From contig JANQNM010000020.1 of NCBI GenBank assembly GCA_028279625.1, positions 1 through 51,819 of the forward strand: DNA of 51,819 nt, read 5' to 3'. Position 1 is the stretch's first letter. The number at the start of each line of letters is the position of its first letter. The notes below the pieces were generated by a model. It saw only the letters and a list, made by a program, of their open reading frames with translations, was not told the DNA's origin and did no database searches. Of this stretch, positions 49,324 through 51,819 are shown piece after piece. The position numbers and the translations under genes are program-made. This stretch comes from Nitrosopumilus sp. (GTDB taxonomy: Archaea > Thermoproteota > Nitrososphaeria > Nitrososphaerales > Nitrosopumilaceae).

Positions 49324-50193
49324 CTACAAGTCTCTAAATTTTACTAAATTATAGAAATAAGAGGCATTAGTTTGAATAGTCCCTTTACGAGGTATTTTTT
49401 GCAACCCAACGTTCTTTGAATCAAGGGCAGCCTGAGCAGCACCGCCAGCAAAACACAATGCCCACAAAAAGTCTTTTTCTTTAAGCATAGTACATGTAAA
49501 GGTTGCACAAAAGATATCTCCAATTCCAGTAGTATCATGAATTTCTTTATTGGGAAGTGTAATTGAATATACTTTGTCTTTAACCAAAAGAGAAACGTCA
49601 GTTTTGTTTGTTAATAGTACATATTCAATTCCTTTTTTCTGTAATGCAACCATCATCTCATCATGAGTGCCACTTACTAAATGCTGAGCTTCTTCAGGAT
49701 TTACTTTAATTGCATTTACATTAGAAAGATCTAGCTCGGTATTTTCTAAAATAACATTATTTTGAGAATCTTTACGTCTCAAAAATCCCTGAGGGTCTAC
49801 AAAAAGAAAATTAGAATCATTTTTGATTTTAGAAAAAGTTTCATTTGAAATTTCATGAAAGATTGGACTCACGATGTGTCCATCAGCCTTAACTCCAGAA
49901 TATTCAATTGGTTCACATTCATTTTCCAATCTTAGTGTTCTATCTGAGCCATTGATTGAAATAGCAAATTTTGTGGTATTTTTTTGCGATTCACAGTCAA
50001 CAAAATTTATTTTGTTATCTGAAAGATATTGTTTTGGAAAATCAGGGCCAAATTTTGTGAATAAATCTATATCAAATTTGAATTGTCTTGCAGTTAAACT
50101 ACAATAACAAGCAGCACCACCAATTTGCTCATAATTTTGTTGATCAATAGTAATAGTATCAACTGCACAATGAGAGAAAATAGCTAATTTCAT
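49324..50193 (-). CDS. PfkB/ribokinase-family kinase
   Basis: IGGAACY, VDPQG, KVNPEE, DTTGIGDIF. Confidence 0.9.
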   Translation of the reverse strand: MKLAIFSHCAVDTITIDQQNYEQIGGAACYCSLTARQFKFDIDLFTKFGPDFPKQYLSDNKINFVDCESQKNTTKFAISINGSDRTLRLENECEPIEYSGVKADGHIVSPIFHEISNETFSKIKNDSNFLFVDPQGFLRRKDSQNNVILENTELDLSNVNAIKVNPEEAQHLVSGTHDEMMVALQKKGIEYVLLTNKTDVSLLVKDKVYSITLPNKEIHDTTGIGDIFCATFTCTMLKEKDFLWALCFAGGAAQAALDSKNVGLQKIPRKGTIQTNASYFYNLVKFRDL

Positions 50194-50219
50194 TTCTTTG
50201 AATGGTAAAAATAACAGAT

Positions 50220-50327
50220 TTAGTTTTTTGCATTGGTTTTTTCAAAACAGTCTTTACAGAGAATATTACCTTTAGAAACTATAAGTTCAACACCAGAACT
50301 AAAGCAATGATGACATAAACCACGCAT
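50220..50327 (-). CDS. Unannotated 35-aa zinc-finger microprotein MRGLCHHCFSSGVELIVSKGNILCKDCFEKTNAKN
   Basis: CxxC-x15-CxxC; co-oriented just upstream of pfkB. Confidence 0.75.
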   Translation of the reverse strand: MRGLCHHCFSSGVELIVSKGNILCKDCFEKTNAKN

Positions 50328-50392
50328 GATTATTGAGGTAATTTACTCATCATAGAATTAAAACTTAAAGTAGATTTTATCACTAATCACGC
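50324..50392 (-). promoter_or_regulatory. Leader hairpin E covering the start codon of the 35-aa zinc finger
   Basis: Minus-strand gcgtgattagtga (50392-50380) pairs with tcaataatcATGc (50336-50324); 12 of 13 positions pair, including one G-U. Confidence 0.5.
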
Positions 50393-50455
50393 ACAAGATA
50401 ACAAAAAGGTGACATTCAAAAATTACAGATTGTTATCGGACAGTCAAGAAATAGT

Positions 50456-51304
50456 TTAGTATATTTGATCTCCTTTTTCCCAAGACAAATCAAACAAATA
50501 ATTCATCAAATCTGCAAGGGTTTCAGAATCAGACCACCAAGCAAATGTTTGTCTTGTAGGATGATTTGCATTTCTCATAAACAAAAGAACTTCTTTTTTA
50601 TCATTAATCAAAAAGCATTTGTTTTCAGAATCAGAAGGAACTGAACGTACACTTTTTTGATCAATTTCAGATAAAAATTCAGGAGCTTTTGTTAATGGAG
50701 ATACAATTAATTTTAATTCTGCAGATGATTCTTTTAGATTATCAAAAATATCAGAATGGTAAAAACGTTGCAAATCAGAAACACTGCCAAAAATTTTAAA
50801 ATCTTCAACGCTTGAAGTGATCATCTCTTTGATTTTGTTAATAATTGGACTAGTTCCATGAAGTAACTGCATTTTTTCAGATTTTGATTCATCAGTCTCT
50901 ACAGCAAAGAAAGGAACTTGTTTCCACATTTCAGATAATGATTCTTCTTTTTTTGCCAGAGAATTAATTCTTGTTTGTTCTTGTTTTACTAGAGTTTCAA
51001 TTGCTTGTTTCATCTCTGTAGCAGTATACTTGGTAGGATGAGATAATTCAGCTGTTACTAAACCCATGTTTTGTAACGAGTTTACGAGATGATAAGTTTC
51101 AGTTCTTGGAGTCTGAAGAGCTTTGGAAATTTCAGCTGCAGTCTTTGAGCCATATTTTCCAAGATAAATGAAGACTTTGCTTTGATTAGCAGTCAGGCCA
51201 AAATTTGTTAATTCTTTTTTGATTTTTTCAAGTGTTAGTTTATGCTTGTATAGTTCTGTTTCAGAATCATTATCAAATAATGTGATTGCTTTTTCTTTTT
51301 CCAA
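50456..51304 (-). CDS. TrmB-family transcriptional regulator, paralog of 7032-7994 (likely TTG start at 51304)
   Basis: GLTANQSKVFIYLGKYGSKTAAEISKALQTPRTETYHL; cttatat about 25 nt upstream of TTG 51304. Confidence 0.9.
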   Translation of the reverse strand: MEKEKAITLFDNDSETELYKHKLTLEKIKKELTNFGLTANQSKVFIYLGKYGSKTAAEISKALQTPRTETYHLVNSLQNMGLVTAELSHPTKYTATEMKQAIETLVKQEQTRINSLAKKEESLSEMWKQVPFFAVETDESKSEKMQLLHGTSPIINKIKEMITSSVEDFKIFGSVSDLQRFYHSDIFDNLKESSAELKLIVSPLTKAPEFLSEIDQKSVRSVPSDSENKCFLINDKKEVLLFMRNANHPTRQTFAWWSDSETLADLMNYLFDLSWEKGDQIY

Positions 51305-51391
51305 TGATGATTTTATGCGAAATAAGCATATAAGCGATCCTGCAAAAATCTTTTCTGAAAATGCTTGAATCACTACATTTTTTTGACTTTA

Positions 51392-51487
51392 TTATTGTGA
51401 TGACATTGTTTTGAGTTTTAAGATGACATCACTAGTCATTTTTTGTAGTTCATCCATGCTTGAATTTACTTCAAAGTGGGATTCCAT
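51392..51487 (-). CDS. Possible unannotated 31-aa peptide MESHFEVNSSMDELQKMTSDVILKLKTMSSQ
   Basis: ATG ORF with cttatct about 25 nt upstream; immediately upstream of the second TrmB gene. Confidence 0.45.
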   Translation of the reverse strand: MESHFEVNSSMDELQKMTSDVILKLKTMSSQ

Positions 51488-51711
51488 GATATTAGATACA
51501 CTATAGAATAGATAAGCCCTTGTCAGTTTCTAATGATACACAATTGTTGTGTTTTTTCAAAAATGCCCCAAAAGTAAGAAATCTTCCTAGAATCACATAA
51601 TCTGACAAAATCTGAAGATCTGACTCAAAAGAAGGATTTAATGGAATTTTTTTGAAATTAGGCGTTTGGAGTGGTCCACAAGAATATAAGTAGGCAAATT
51701 AGTTTATGTTC

Positions 51712-51819
51712 ATGCCACTTAAACGTGCAAGTAGAGGTCGTACAAAAGGAGGAAAAGGATCCTCAGGTGTTGTTCAATGTACAAACTGTGGACAAACAGT
51801 ACCTAAAGACAAAGCAAAG
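51712..51819 (+). CDS. rps26e: 30S ribosomal protein S26e, 3'-truncated by the window edge
   Basis: [36 protein letters not shown]. Confidence 0.95.
   Translation, partial: MPLKRASRGRTKGGKGSSGVVQCTNCGQTVPKDKAK

Noticed and set aside
713-50107. Numerous 60-190 aa antisense or out-of-frame ORFs inside long genes (e.g. 5738-6169, 26996-27577, 42316-42657)
   Set aside because: Shadow ORFs of well-supported genes with no recognisable motifs.
1-51819. tRNA, rRNA, CRISPR array or IS element
   Set aside because: No cloverleaf, long GC-rich RNA gene, spaced repeat array or transposase ORF recognised by eye; tRNAscan-SE and Infernal would confirm.

Overview
AT-rich archaeal chromosomal window. Gene content and order (ND-AspRS-gatCAB, PurP, aRF1, S26e, a PEFG-CTERM blue-copper protein, trpEGDCBA) point to an ammonia-oxidising Nitrosopumilus-type thaumarchaeon; this assignment is inferred. 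1-10.5 kb is a type IV pilus locus (partial pilin, assembly ATPase, platform protein, 863-aa repeat surface protein, prepilin peptidase) followed by a TrmB regulator, receiver protein, histidine kinase and SHOCT protein. Three promoters in this locus share a TGTAW-N10-CATAC element, two of them with a 24-bp exact repeat. A related TGTTATT-N10-ACATACT element precedes a distant response regulator and an unannotated 26-aa membrane peptide, suggesting an undescribed pilus regulon. 10.5-30 kb and 39.5-51.8 kb are mostly housekeeping genes. About 30.4-39.5 kb is a small-gene region with many unannotated metal-binding or membrane microproteins, a CC1/DUF5679-like candidate chromatin protein and several long intergenic hairpins. 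No tRNA, rRNA, CRISPR array or transposase was recognised. All calls were made by eye, without database searches.
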